This document shows, piece after piece, positions 10,413 to 19,437 of a stretch of 64,000 nt of DNA (the stretch's first letter is position 1; each line of letters begins with the position of its first letter). Below the pieces are notes generated by a model, which had not been told where the DNA came from, made no database searches, and was given only the letters and a program-made list of their open reading frames with translations. Origin of the DNA: Fibrobacteria bacterium (lineage in GTDB: Bacteria; Fibrobacterota; Chitinivibrionia; Chitinivibrionales; FEN-1185); assembly GCA_037447435.1 (NCBI GenBank), contig JBBIGR010000004.1, positions 1 to 64,000 on the forward strand. The letters are read 5' to 3'. The position numbers were made by a program, and so were the translations under genes.

Positions 10413-10781
10413 TTACAAAAGATCGTCGGGATCCGCAGAACGGGAAATATAATCCCGGATCAGTTTGGTTTCGGCCAAACTGAGGTTTTTAAATTGAACG
10501 CCCACATATTGGGAAAGGTCGGTAACCCGCACGTGGATGGCGGTTGCATCGCTCCGAATGACGATGTTGTTGTCGGGCAAAACAAATGTCAATCGCAATA
10601 CGGAGCCCGATTGATATTGCGGCTCCTTGATATCCGATTTGAACAACAGGCCGTTTTCGCTGACATTGATGATAAAACAGAATTCCGGGCTGGTAAGTTG
10701 TCCTATTTCCGAATAGACCTCGACCGTCACATGATTGAGGCTTACGCGGGGATAACGGCGTCTTTCGATTCCTTGTGTCAT
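10413..10781 (-). CDS. Stand-alone PilZ-domain protein (c-di-GMP receptor)
   Basis: ERRRYPR (RxxxR) and NVSENG ((D/N)xSxxG), plus VGVQF. Confidence 0.85.
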   Translation of the reverse strand: MTQGIERRRYPRVSLNHVTVEVYSEIGQLTSPEFCFIINVSENGLLFKSDIKEPQYQSGSVLRLTFVLPDNNIVIRSDATAIHVRVTDLSQYVGVQFKNLSLAETKLIRDYISRSADPDDLL

Positions 10782-10951
10782 GTAAGTAAGATACTATATG
10801 GAACGCGGCGGTATGGCATTTGGGAAACATATTCGGCATTGCAAACTTTTTTGTCAACAGTTTCCCGATTTTTTCGTGGCAAATCGCCGTTGTCGGAAGT
10901 ATACTATTAATAATAAGTGTACGGCGATATTTTATATTATTTTGAAATACT

Positions 10952-12085
10952 ATGAACAAACTGACGGCAAAATCATTCACCCGAACGACCCTGGCGCTTG
11001 ACATCATCGGCAAAATCGCCGACGGGCCGTATGCCGGGTTCCACGAACTCGCAACAATCAAGCATATTATCAGTTTGCACGATATCATTACCATAGAACC
11101 GTCGCCTTTTTTACGTATCGTGTCCGATTCGCCGAATGTTCCCACCGGGCCCGACAACACCTGTTACAAGGCGTGCGAACTCATTCAGCAGCGATACGGC
11201 ATTACCGACAATGTTTGCGTCACGATTAAAAAGAATATTCCCCTCAAAGGCGGTTTGGCCGGCGGAAGTGCGAATGCGGCAACCGTTCTGGGCCTTTTGG
11301 CCGACTATTACAAGCTCGATATCGAAACGGCCGACATGATCGATATGGCACGGATTATCGGTCAAGACGTTCCTTTCTATTTTAAGGGGCCTACGGCATT
11401 CGATAGCGAAGCAGGACTTATGCTGTCGTCGATCCCCAACACCTTGCGTTTCGATATTATGCTGGTATTGCCCGATTTCGGCGTTTCCACAAAAGACGCG
11501 TATGCAAACATCGATTATTCGGCAATCGGCCGCAATAGAAACAAAACGCTCGCTATGCAGGAAGCATTTGCAAATAACGATAAATCGGGCGTGATACAAA
11601 ACATCCACAACGATTTCGAGCTTTCGGTTTTTACCAAATATCCAAAGCTCGAACAAATCAAATACAAGCTCCTCGAATACGGTTGCGCCGCAGCGGCATT
11701 GTCCGGATCGGGTTCTACGATAATGGGAATTTTACAGTCCTATAAGGATTTCGAACAAATCAAGGCAAAAATCAGTTATCCCTGCCTGCTTGTTTCGTCC
11801 GCACGCGCAAGGCGTTATGTGCCGTTATCAAAAAGAAATGCGCTTGCCGACGATGCGCCGTTTCGTGCGCGTACCGGTACGTTTCGCTGGAATTCGAAAC
11901 AGGAATTATGCGATTTTTTTAACCGCGAATACGGACTCAGCCGAAAAATCGTCGATTCCGAAATTAATGAAGTCATGAAAACGTTCAAACTGCGTCAGGG
12001 CGCGGCCGTTTCCACCCAGGAATTGTGGCAAAAAGTGGGTTTGGTTCTTGAAAAGAAAATAAAGGAATTGGAATTCGAGAGCTGA
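10952..12085 (+). CDS. ispE: 4-diphosphocytidyl-2-C-methyl-D-erythritol kinase with ~90-aa C-terminal extension
   Basis: GFHELAT, KNIPLKGGLAGGSANAA (GHMP motif), GQDVPF, HNDFE, LSGSGST. Confidence 0.88.
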   Translation: MNKLTAKSFTRTTLALDIIGKIADGPYAGFHELATIKHIISLHDIITIEPSPFLRIVSDSPNVPTGPDNTCYKACELIQQRYGITDNVCVTIKKNIPLKGGLAGGSANAATVLGLLADYYKLDIETADMIDMARIIGQDVPFYFKGPTAFDSEAGLMLSSIPNTLRFDIMLVLPDFGVSTKDAYANIDYSAIGRNRNKTLAMQEAFANNDKSGVIQNIHNDFELSVFTKYPKLEQIKYKLLEYGCAAAALSGSGSTIMGILQSYKDFEQIKAKISYPCLLVSSARARRYVPLSKRNALADDAPFRARTGTFRWNSKQELCDFFNREYGLSRKIVDSEINEVMKTFKLRQGAAVSTQELWQKVGLVLEKKIKELEFES

Positions 12086-12090
12086 TGTTC

Positions 12091-12627
12091 TTACTTTGTT
12101 CCTTGGTCTTTTTCAGCCCCTGCGCTTGGCCTGCTCGCAGCCCTGGGGAAATACGGCTCAAACGGATCATACCGGTCAAAGAATCCGTAACTGCCGGGAT
12201 AGCCGTACCCGTATCCTGAATTTTTCATAATACTCAAATTAAAAAACAAATTGTCCCGCGGTTGCCACGACAACGAAAAGTCTATGGGCATGCTTTTAAA
12301 GTAATCCATGGACTTGATGTTTTGCGCATTGAGATTCTGCGCCGGCGAATATGTTGACATTAAAGGAAAGCCGAAATTCAAATTCAAGGTGACGGGTTGC
12401 GAAAATTTATAGGTAAGCAGCGTGGAATAAAGCCCCTGCGACTGTACCGGGGAATTCGACATCGACGCCATGCCGTAACTAACGCTGTGATGCACGCTTA
12501 AATTTTTGGAATCAAAAATACCGCTTTTTGCCGACGAATCCTTGGACGAATAATCGGACACGCTTTGCGCAACGGTCAACGAAACCGAACTTGCAATCAC
12601 GATTAAAATCATTGTTATTCGTCGCAT
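12091..12627 (-). CDS. Exported hypothetical protein
   Basis: Signal-peptide-like N-terminus; beta-rich body; RBS AAAGGAG upstream. Confidence 0.7.
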   Translation of the reverse strand: MRRITMILIVIASSVSLTVAQSVSDYSSKDSSAKSGIFDSKNLSVHHSVSYGMASMSNSPVQSQGLYSTLLTYKFSQPVTLNLNFGFPLMSTYSPAQNLNAQNIKSMDYFKSMPIDFSLSWQPRDNLFFNLSIMKNSGYGYGYPGSYGFFDRYDPFEPYFPRAASRPSAGAEKDQGTK

Positions 12628-12708
12628 TTTCCCGCTCCTTTCATCCTAACCTGTCCGCTTCGCCGAAAAATTGCCTTTTCAAGGATTACGAGGCGATACA
12701 TTCTTTAT

Positions 12709-12993
12709 TTATTGTAATCCGAAGGGCCAAAGCCCTTTAAACAGCGATCTTCTTCTCCTGCTGGGCCTCCAAATAAATCGACAACTCGAACATTTGACCC
12801 GCCTGGTCCCCTTCAAACTCCGGACCGGACTAAAGAAAAACGGATCGTAATATTCAACGGTCGCACTTCCGCATTTGGGACAATTTAAATGAGGAGGGTT
12901 CCAAAACGAGTCCCAGAGCGAGGAAAGCAACGAATCGCTTTTCTCTTTGCCGTTATGGGCGAGTTGATATTTATGGGAATGGCGCGATTCCAT
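12709..12993 (-). CDS. Small zinc-ribbon protein
   Basis: CPKC...CSSC; RBS GAGAGG; directly follows the dGTPase gene. Confidence 0.7.
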   Translation of the reverse strand: MESRHSHKYQLAHNGKEKSDSLLSSLWDSFWNPPHLNCPKCGSATVEYYDPFFFSPVRSLKGTRRVKCSSCRFIWRPSRRRRSLFKGLWPFGLQ

Positions 12994-13005
12994 TTTTACC
13001 TCTCA

Positions 13006-14178
13006 TTATATAACCGGTGTCGGAACAAAGAGTTGAACATACGTGCGTTCGGCAAAATGATCAGTCATTCCTGCAATATAATCGGCCGCAATGCGGTAGG
13101 TGGGCGTACGTTCGTCATAATTCGTGTTTTTAATAAAATGAAAAAACACGTCCATGCACGGCGCTTCTTTGACAACCGAATGCACGACGCCCAGATTTCT
13201 TCCCCGTTCCGACCGTTCCAGAATCGAAAGCAGTTCGGCAAAGAGCAATCTGATGATATGCCCGGATTTTTTTGCTTTACTTTCCACTTCGGGATGGTTG
13301 TAAATCCGCGAGTAATTGAAATCCTTCAGCGAGCCCATCAGCCCGAGCACATCTTTACTCATAACAATAGCGTCCGTATCGATGCTGTTGGCGATGATAT
13401 CGTTGACAAATCGGCCGATTATGGCCCCGTTTTCAGTTCCGAGTTCCTTTGCAACGTCTGCCGGGATATCGGTTTTTCTGATAAGTCCCGCCTTGATGCC
13501 GTCTTCAAGATCCCTTCCCAGATAGGCGATGCGGTCGACCATCCTGACCAAACAGCCTTCAAGCGTGGAGGGAAAGCAACCGCGGTCCGAAATTGCTTCA
13601 AGATCCGAAAGGTCGCGCGTGCGGTCGGGCTTCAGTTCCCGGTCAAAACTTTCGCCGCAATGGGTTATGATGCCGTCTCTGACCTCATAGGTCAAATTCA
13701 GGCCCGCGCCGTAATTTGTCAACTTATCCACGACCCGCAGCCCGTGAATTTCATGTTTGAAACCTTCGGCAACGCCTTTATCGCGGAGCAAAGAGTCGAG
13801 TACCCGTTCGCCGGCGTGACCGAACGGCGGATGACCGAGGTCGTGGGCCTTGGCGATTGCGTTGATAAGGTCGATGTTCAGATTCAGGCATTTCCCTATG
13901 ACATAGGCAATGCTCGAAACGTGCAAAACATGTTCCATGCGCGTGCAAATATGATCGTTGTTCGGCGATAAAAAGACCTGCGTTTTATGTTTCAACCGCC
14001 GAAAAGGCGGACAGTGCAGAATACGCGTTTCGTCGCGGGAAAACTCCAATCGAAACGGATCGCGTTTCATGGGAAATCGCCGCCCAAGAGACTGGGTGCT
14101 TTTCTTCGCAAAGGGCGACAGCTTTTCCTCATTCTCTATAAGAAACTTAATGATGTCGAATTCGGTTTTCATACCCAT
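13006..14178 (-). CDS. dgt: Deoxyguanosinetriphosphate triphosphohydrolase-like HD protein
   Basis: FRRLKHKTQVF, TRMEH, AHDLGHPPFGHAGE, DRIAY, DYIAGMTD. Start reassigned to 14178 (or 14172) to avoid overlap with the upstream gene. Confidence 0.88.
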   Translation of the reverse strand: MGMKTEFDIIKFLIENEEKLSPFAKKSTQSLGRRFPMKRDPFRLEFSRDETRILHCPPFRRLKHKTQVFLSPNNDHICTRMEHVLHVSSIAYVIGKCLNLNIDLINAIAKAHDLGHPPFGHAGERVLDSLLRDKGVAEGFKHEIHGLRVVDKLTNYGAGLNLTYEVRDGIITHCGESFDRELKPDRTRDLSDLEAISDRGCFPSTLEGCLVRMVDRIAYLGRDLEDGIKAGLIRKTDIPADVAKELGTENGAIIGRFVNDIIANSIDTDAIVMSKDVLGLMGSLKDFNYSRIYNHPEVESKAKKSGHIIRLLFAELLSILERSERGRNLGVVHSVVKEAPCMDVFFHFIKNTNYDERTPTYRIAADYIAGMTDHFAERTYVQLFVPTPVI

Positions 14179-14224
14179 ATAAAATAATGCATCCCCGTGA
14201 ACACCACTATATAACTTATCTCGA

Positions 14225-15136
14225 TCAATTGAAACCGTTGATGCCGACAGCAAGCAAACCGTCCTTATTTTGCCGGGGAGCCAGCTGGTCCAGCACGACC
14301 CAATTGACAAATAAGTCCAAACCGAATACGCCCTGCGTCGACAGTAGTTCGACACCCATCTGCTGGTTCCATCGCATATCGTTGGTTCTCTCATAATATG
14401 CCCCGGTCGTTGCGTTAAAAACCGCGGCCCAGCCTTTATACCGGCAAGCGGCAAAACGGACCTGACCGATGCAATCTATCAAATACGGCTGATTCCACGA
14501 CAAAATCGACGTGTCCATTCCGAAAAAATCATGAAGGCTGTAGGTAATGCCCGCTTGCCAGCCGATGCGGCGTTTCCAGGTCAGTTTGTTGGAATCGGCA
14601 ATTGCATGCCTGAATTCTTCATGCCTGAATTGTTTCGACATGACGTTAAGCGTCAGTTTGTTCCAATACATCACCTTTTGGAATTGTTGCGCGGTTGAAG
14701 CGGTCGGGTCGCTGTCGATTTGATGAAAGCAATGATGATCAAGTCCGAAATTTACATTGACGGGAGAAAAACGGTACTCGAATTTCGGGCCGAACCCGAC
14801 GTCGACCTCGCGCGGATCGAACAAAATCGGTTTATCGGCTTGTGCCCATTTGCCAAGACCCACGGTCACGGTCATATCAATGAATAAAAAGAACTTCTTG
14901 TTGATCGAAACAAAGGCAAGTTCGGCACCGCTTGTCCATTCGATAAAATACCTGTTCTTAAATGTCGAATCCTTCTGCAGGTAAAAGGTGTGCAGGTCCT
15001 GATCGAAATGGAATTCCGGTGCGATTGCCGCTTCCCACGATTTCGATGCGGTCGAAGTCTGTTCGCAAAAAGCCATGAAAAAAAACGAGCTTGTGAAAAG
15101 CAGAATAAATCCTACTTTGGATCTTTGTTTGCTCAA
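14225..15136 (-). CDS. Exported hypothetical protein, probable outer-membrane beta-barrel
   Basis: Signal peptide, alternating amphipathic strands, aromatic residue near the C-terminus (GFN). Confidence 0.6.
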   Translation of the reverse strand: MSKQRSKVGFILLFTSSFFFMAFCEQTSTASKSWEAAIAPEFHFDQDLHTFYLQKDSTFKNRYFIEWTSGAELAFVSINKKFFLFIDMTVTVGLGKWAQADKPILFDPREVDVGFGPKFEYRFSPVNVNFGLDHHCFHQIDSDPTASTAQQFQKVMYWNKLTLNVMSKQFRHEEFRHAIADSNKLTWKRRIGWQAGITYSLHDFFGMDTSILSWNQPYLIDCIGQVRFAACRYKGWAAVFNATTGAYYERTNDMRWNQQMGVELLSTQGVFGLDLFVNWVVLDQLAPRQNKDGLLAVGINGFN

Positions 15137-15170
15137 GATTGTTTTCCTTAATTTAATGGATATGAATTAT

Positions 15171-15192
15171 GGCGTCCCTGTGACGCCCCTAT
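15171..15192 (-). repeat. REP-like hairpin
   Basis: Minus strand reads ATAGG-GGCGTC-ACAGG-GACGCC, similar to GTAG-footed REP units. Confidence 0.4.
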
Positions 15193-15304
15193 TTACCATG
15201 TAAACCCGGCATTACTTTTAAAATTACGTCGATTCTTCAATATTTACAATACCGCAACGTATTATTCAATCAAGAAATTATATTTCAAATCGTTTTCAAA
15301 GTAA

Positions 15305-16351
15305 TTGCCGTGGAATTATTTTTTGTGCGCAATTTTTTATAGCCCAACAACATCGGCACATTGTAAAATGGATTGTACTTTCTTCCAAAAAATTAAACGG
15401 ACCGCTTTTTCGCTGTTTACGGCAACGGCCGCTTATTGTCTGTTCGCAACCGCTTCCGCCGATGCCGCAATGATTTTTTCGTCCCTTAATCAAGACAGCC
15501 TGTCCGTCGGCGATAGAATTCACCTCACCGTATCGATGCTCGTTCCCAAAACCGGCCAGGTCGTTCCGCCTCCAACCGATAACGGATTCGGCCAGTTCAC
15601 GGTAAAAGAATGGACTTCCGATAAAACCGAAAAGAAAAGCGCCGACAGTCTTACGTTCAATTATGTCCTTACCACGTATTCCGCCGAACAATGTACGATA
15701 CCGTCCCAGCCGTTCCTTTTGACATACAATAAAAAAACCGACACCTTGCACTCCGACGCCTTTCCCATGCGCGTCGTTTTGGTACCGCCCGTCACTTCCA
15801 ACGACACGGCACAGATCCGAGACCTGAAAAAACTTGAAAATGCCGGCAAACCGTCGCTTCTCTGGTTATGGACAATTCTGTGCGCGGCGGCCATCGTTGC
15901 AATCGTTTTCCTCGCAAAACGATTCATAAAACAAAAATCAAAACCCGTTTATGTCCCGCCGCCCAAACCGCCTTATGAAGAAGCTATCGAGGCTATTTTA
16001 CTTTTGGAAGCAAAGCAATATGTTGTAAAAGGCATGGTCAGGGAATATGTTTTCGAACTGTCCGACATTGTCAAAAGATACATAGAACGCCGTTTCGAAA
16101 CCAATGCGGCCGAATTTACAACTGAAGAAATGCTCGACTGGGTCCGCGTTTCGCCGCTCGACTCTGAACAGCGCAGGGTTTTGGAATGGTTTTTCTCCGC
16201 TTCCGACCCGATCAAGTTTGCAAAAATGCTGCCGGAGCAGGAAACCATAGAACGGTTCGGGACCGAAGCCCGGGCATTTTTGGAAGCGACGAAACCTCAG
16301 CAGTCCCAGGGCGATAAGAAAGAAAAGGAGGCGGCCGGTGCATCTGCATAG
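15305..16351 (+). CDS. Bat-operon-associated membrane protein (BatD-like N-domain, TM, DUF4381-like C-domain)
   Basis: LSVGDRIHL, IRDLK, TM, PPYEEA, LSDIVKRYIERRF...AEFTTEE, DPIKFAK; overlaps the batA start. True start may be 15368 or later. Confidence 0.75.
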   Translation: MPWNYFLCAIFYSPTTSAHCKMDCTFFQKIKRTAFSLFTATAAYCLFATASADAAMIFSSLNQDSLSVGDRIHLTVSMLVPKTGQVVPPPTDNGFGQFTVKEWTSDKTEKKSADSLTFNYVLTTYSAEQCTIPSQPFLLTYNKKTDTLHSDAFPMRVVLVPPVTSNDTAQIRDLKKLENAGKPSLLWLWTILCAAAIVAIVFLAKRFIKQKSKPVYVPPPKPPYEEAIEAILLLEAKQYVVKGMVREYVFELSDIVKRYIERRFETNAAEFTTEEMLDWVRVSPLDSEQRRVLEWFFSASDPIKFAKMLPEQETIERFGTEARAFLEATKPQQSQGDKKEKEAAGASA

Positions 16352-17342
16352 CCCGTGGTTTCTCCTTCTTCTCGTTGTTATTATTCCTATGGTTTGGCTG
16401 TACCTGGGCAGGGAAAAAAAACGTCCCGCGATACGGTTTTCCGACTTGTCGTTCTTACGGAAAATCAAGCCCTCCCTGCTGATACGGTTCAGGCATGTAC
16501 CCTTTGCGCTGCGCGTTATCGGCATAGGTCTGCTCATCGTCGCGCTTGCCCGTCCGCAAAAAGGCACATCCGAAGAGGAAGTCACCACCGAAGGCGTCGA
16601 CATTATGCTCGTTCTCGATATTTCCTTCAGCATGAAATCGCTGGATTTTCAGCCTAAAAACAGGCTGTTCGTCGCCAAGGAAACCCTGAAGGAATTCATC
16701 AAGAAACGCAAAAACGACCGGATGGGTATTGTGGTATTCGCCAAGAGAAGCTATACGAAATGTCCCTTGACCCTCGATTACAATATACTCACGCAATTTG
16801 CCGACAAAATCGATTTCGAGGATTTCGGCGACGCCACGGCAATCGGCACCGCTCTGGCAACGGCGGCAAACCGCATCAAGGATTCGCCGGCAAAAAGCAA
16901 AGTGATAATCCTCCTTACCGACGGCGGAAATAATTTCGGCGATATCGCCCCGCTGGCCGCGGCAAAAGCCGCAGGCGAACTCGGTATAAAGATCTACACT
17001 ATCGGCGTCGGTAAAGAAGGCGATATTCCCTATCCGGTCGAAATGATGGATCCTTCTACGGGCAAAATCGTGGGAACGCAAATACAAATGGTCCATTCGG
17101 ATCTCGACGAACAGCTTCTGGCCGATATCGCCCAGGCCGCGCACGGCCAATTCTTCCGCGCGCAAAATGCCGAAAAACTCAGGGAGATCTATAATACCAT
17201 AGACAAAATGGAAAAAACCGAAATCAAGACAAAGCTGTACACGAGTTATTCCGACCGGTTCTTCATCTGGCTGTGCGCCGGATGCATGGTCCTTTTTCTC
17301 GAGTCGATTTTGTCGCATACCTGGTTCAGGCGGATACCGTAG
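16338..17342 (+). CDS. batA: BatA VWA-domain protein
   Basis: N-terminal F/HxxPWFLLLL TM, ALARPQ, MIDAS DISFSM, TAIG, ILLTDG, IYTIGVG. Confidence 0.9.
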   Translation: MHLHSPWFLLLLVVIIPMVWLYLGREKKRPAIRFSDLSFLRKIKPSLLIRFRHVPFALRVIGIGLLIVALARPQKGTSEEEVTTEGVDIMLVLDISFSMKSLDFQPKNRLFVAKETLKEFIKKRKNDRMGIVVFAKRSYTKCPLTLDYNILTQFADKIDFEDFGDATAIGTALATAANRIKDSPAKSKVIILLTDGGNNFGDIAPLAAAKAAGELGIKIYTIGVGKEGDIPYPVEMMDPSTGKIVGTQIQMVHSDLDEQLLADIAQAAHGQFFRAQNAEKLREIYNTIDKMEKTEIKTKLYTSYSDRFFIWLCAGCMVLFLESILSHTWFRRIP

Positions 17343-17447
17343 CGTTGATACTTCGGATATAGGTACTAACCCCATGATTCCCATGGGATAAGTTTATTTT
17401 ACAGAGTATCAACGCAAAAGCGTTGATACTTCAGATATAGGTACTAA
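17341..17447. repeat. Intergenic hairpin repeat element (1.4 tandem copies) between batA and batB
   Basis: 17341-17369 repeats 17419-17447 (28/29 nt); hairpin AGTATCAACGC-AAAA-GCGTTGATACT. Confidence 0.85.
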
Positions 17448-17449
17448 TC

Positions 17450-18472
17450 ATGACATTCGGCAGCCCACAATTCTTTTGGTTTCTTCTCTGTATCCCGCTA
17501 TTGATCGGGCTTTACATTTTTGTATATCAACAAAAACAGGCCGCGCTCAAAAAATTCGCGGCGCTCCCGCTTATCAAACGTCTTACGCCGCAAGGCATAG
17601 ACCAAAGACAAATTACCAAATGGGTTTTGTTCCTGTTGTTCGTGCTGTTCGCCACGCTTGCCCTCGTCCGGCCCCGTTTCGGCGTTAAAATGGAAATCGT
17701 CGAACGGAAAGGGGTCGACGTCATCGTGGGGCTCGATATTTCAAAAAGCATGCTCGCACAGGACATTGCGCCCAACCGCCTCGACCGTGCCAAATTCGAA
17801 ATCGGCAAATTCATCGACATGCTGAAAGGCGATCGCGTCGGCCTCATCGTTTTTGCCGGTGAAAGTTTCGTTCAATGTCCTTTGACATTAGATTACGGCG
17901 CGGCAAAGATGTTTTTGAACGTGGTCAACACCGATTGGGTGCAGGTCGGCGGTACCGCCATCGGCGACGCGATCACCCAGGCCATTACGGCTTTTTCGAC
18001 CCAAAAGAACAAATCGAAAGTGCTCATTATCCTGTCCGACGGCGAAGACCAAATGGGCAACGTCGAATCCGCCGCGCAAAAAGCGGCCGCGCTGGGGATT
18101 AAAATTTATACCGTTGGCGTGGGATCCGAGAGCGGGGTTCCCATTCCGATAAGCCAGGGCCAGGGAACGATCGTTTACAAAAAAGATGAAAACGGGAATC
18201 TGGTCATGACCCGTTTGAATTCCATGATGATGGAAAAAATCGCCATGGAAGGTCATGGAAAATATTTCCACGCCGGTACGAGCCTGGACATGGGGGCCAT
18301 TTATCAGGAAATCGCAAAAATGGAAAAGAACGAACTCGGAAGCGATCGGATGAATTTGTTCGAAGAACAATATCAATGGTTTTGCGCCATTGCCCTGTTT
18401 TTGCTGCTTCTGGAATTTTTCATTCCCCCGATTTCTGCCGCCGTTCAGCAATGGAAAGGCAGGATCGAATGA
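17450..18472 (+). CDS. batB: BatB VWA-domain protein
   Basis: LVRPRFG, DISKSMLAQDIAPNRL, PLTLDY, LSDGED. Confidence 0.88.
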   Translation: MTFGSPQFFWFLLCIPLLIGLYIFVYQQKQAALKKFAALPLIKRLTPQGIDQRQITKWVLFLLFVLFATLALVRPRFGVKMEIVERKGVDVIVGLDISKSMLAQDIAPNRLDRAKFEIGKFIDMLKGDRVGLIVFAGESFVQCPLTLDYGAAKMFLNVVNTDWVQVGGTAIGDAITQAITAFSTQKNKSKVLIILSDGEDQMGNVESAAQKAAALGIKIYTVGVGSESGVPIPISQGQGTIVYKKDENGNLVMTRLNSMMMEKIAMEGHGKYFHAGTSLDMGAIYQEIAKMEKNELGSDRMNLFEEQYQWFCAIALFLLLLEFFIPPISAAVQQWKGRIE

Positions 18473-19350
18473 GCTGCGGATTCAGGGGGCGTCTTTCAAT
18501 ACTCGCTTGCGTATCCGTCGTAACCGTGCTTGCTTTTTGCAGCATGGGGTTTGCCGATGAATTATATACGAAAAACAAAAAAGCTGCCAAACAATATGAA
18601 AAAGGGAATTACGAGGATGCCTTAAAGAGTTTCGACAATCTCATCCTCGAATATCCAAATGAACCGATATTGAAAATGAATAAAGGTTCGGTCCAGTATA
18701 AAATGGGCGATCTCGACAAGGCGGAAGAATCGTATACGTCCGCAACGGGAACCTCAAATAAAAAAGCGCTGGCCGACTTATATTACAACCTCGGCAATAC
18801 CCAGTATTTGAAGGCGGAAAAATTGGCCGGCCAGGGCGATACTAAATCTATGGATGCCTACAAGTCCGCGTTGCAAAATTATATTAAGGCATTGGACTTG
18901 CATCCGTCCGACAAAGACGCGAAATGGAACGTTCAATTGACCCAGAAACGCATTAAGCAAGTACAACAACAGCAGCAGCAACAACAGAACAATAAGGACA
19001 ACAAAGATCAGAAAAAGGATGATAAGCAGGAAAACAACAAAGACCGGAAGCAAAATCAGGACAAAAACAAACAGGACCAAAATAAAAAAGACGATAAAAA
19101 CCAGGACCAGAAAAAGGACGATAATAAAAATCAGCAGAAAAAAGACGATCAGCAACAAAGCAACAAGGACGACAAGCAAAACGACAAACAGCAAAAACCC
19201 GAACCGACGCCGCAACAACAAAAAGAAGACATGAAAAAGGATGAGGCAAGGCGTCTTTTGGAACAATTTTCCGACGATGAAAAAGACCTGAATAAAAAAC
19301 CGGAAAAAATGGGAATTATAAAAGAAAAAAACCAGCAAAAAGACTGGTAA
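18469..19350 (+). CDS. batC: BatC TPR protein with Q/N/D/K low-complexity linker
   Basis: TPRs (YYNLGN, DKDAKWN), poly-Q/KDD tract, terminal KDW. Start reassigned to the ATG overlapping the batB stop (ATGA). Confidence 0.85.
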   Translation: MSCGFRGRLSILACVSVVTVLAFCSMGFADELYTKNKKAAKQYEKGNYEDALKSFDNLILEYPNEPILKMNKGSVQYKMGDLDKAEESYTSATGTSNKKALADLYYNLGNTQYLKAEKLAGQGDTKSMDAYKSALQNYIKALDLHPSDKDAKWNVQLTQKRIKQVQQQQQQQQNNKDNKDQKKDDKQENNKDRKQNQDKNKQDQNKKDDKNQDQKKDDNKNQQKKDDQQQSNKDDKQNDKQQKPEPTPQQQKEDMKKDEARRLLEQFSDDEKDLNKKPEKMGIIKEKNQQKDW

Positions 19351-19358
19351 GCAGCTAA

Positions 19359-19427
19359 TCCCGTGGAATAAGTTTATTTTATAGAGTGTCTACGCAAAAG
19401 CGTCGATAATTCAGATACAGGCATTAA
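19359..19427. repeat. Second copy of the bat intergenic repeat element, between batC and batD
   Basis: 59/69 nt identical to 17379-17447 by manual alignment. Confidence 0.85.
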
Positions 19428-19437
19428 GGAGTTTTTT

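Noticed and set aside
5212..12085. dxs and ispE as an isoprenoid operon
   Set aside because: Separated by a terminator-like hairpin and four opposite-strand genes; proximity alone shows no co-regulation.
12889..13971. 360-aa + strand ORF
   Set aside because: Antisense shadow of the dGTPase gene.
14179..14454. N-terminal extension of the dGTPase ORF
   Set aside because: Overlaps the upstream barrel gene in another frame; family similarity starts after 14178.
18960..19200. Tandem DNA repeats inside batC as a novel repeat locus
   Set aside because: A low-complexity Q/K/D/N linker is typical of BatC.
18778..19338. Very hydrophobic 186-aa - strand ORF
   Set aside because: Reverse complement of the Q/N/K/D-rich batC linker.
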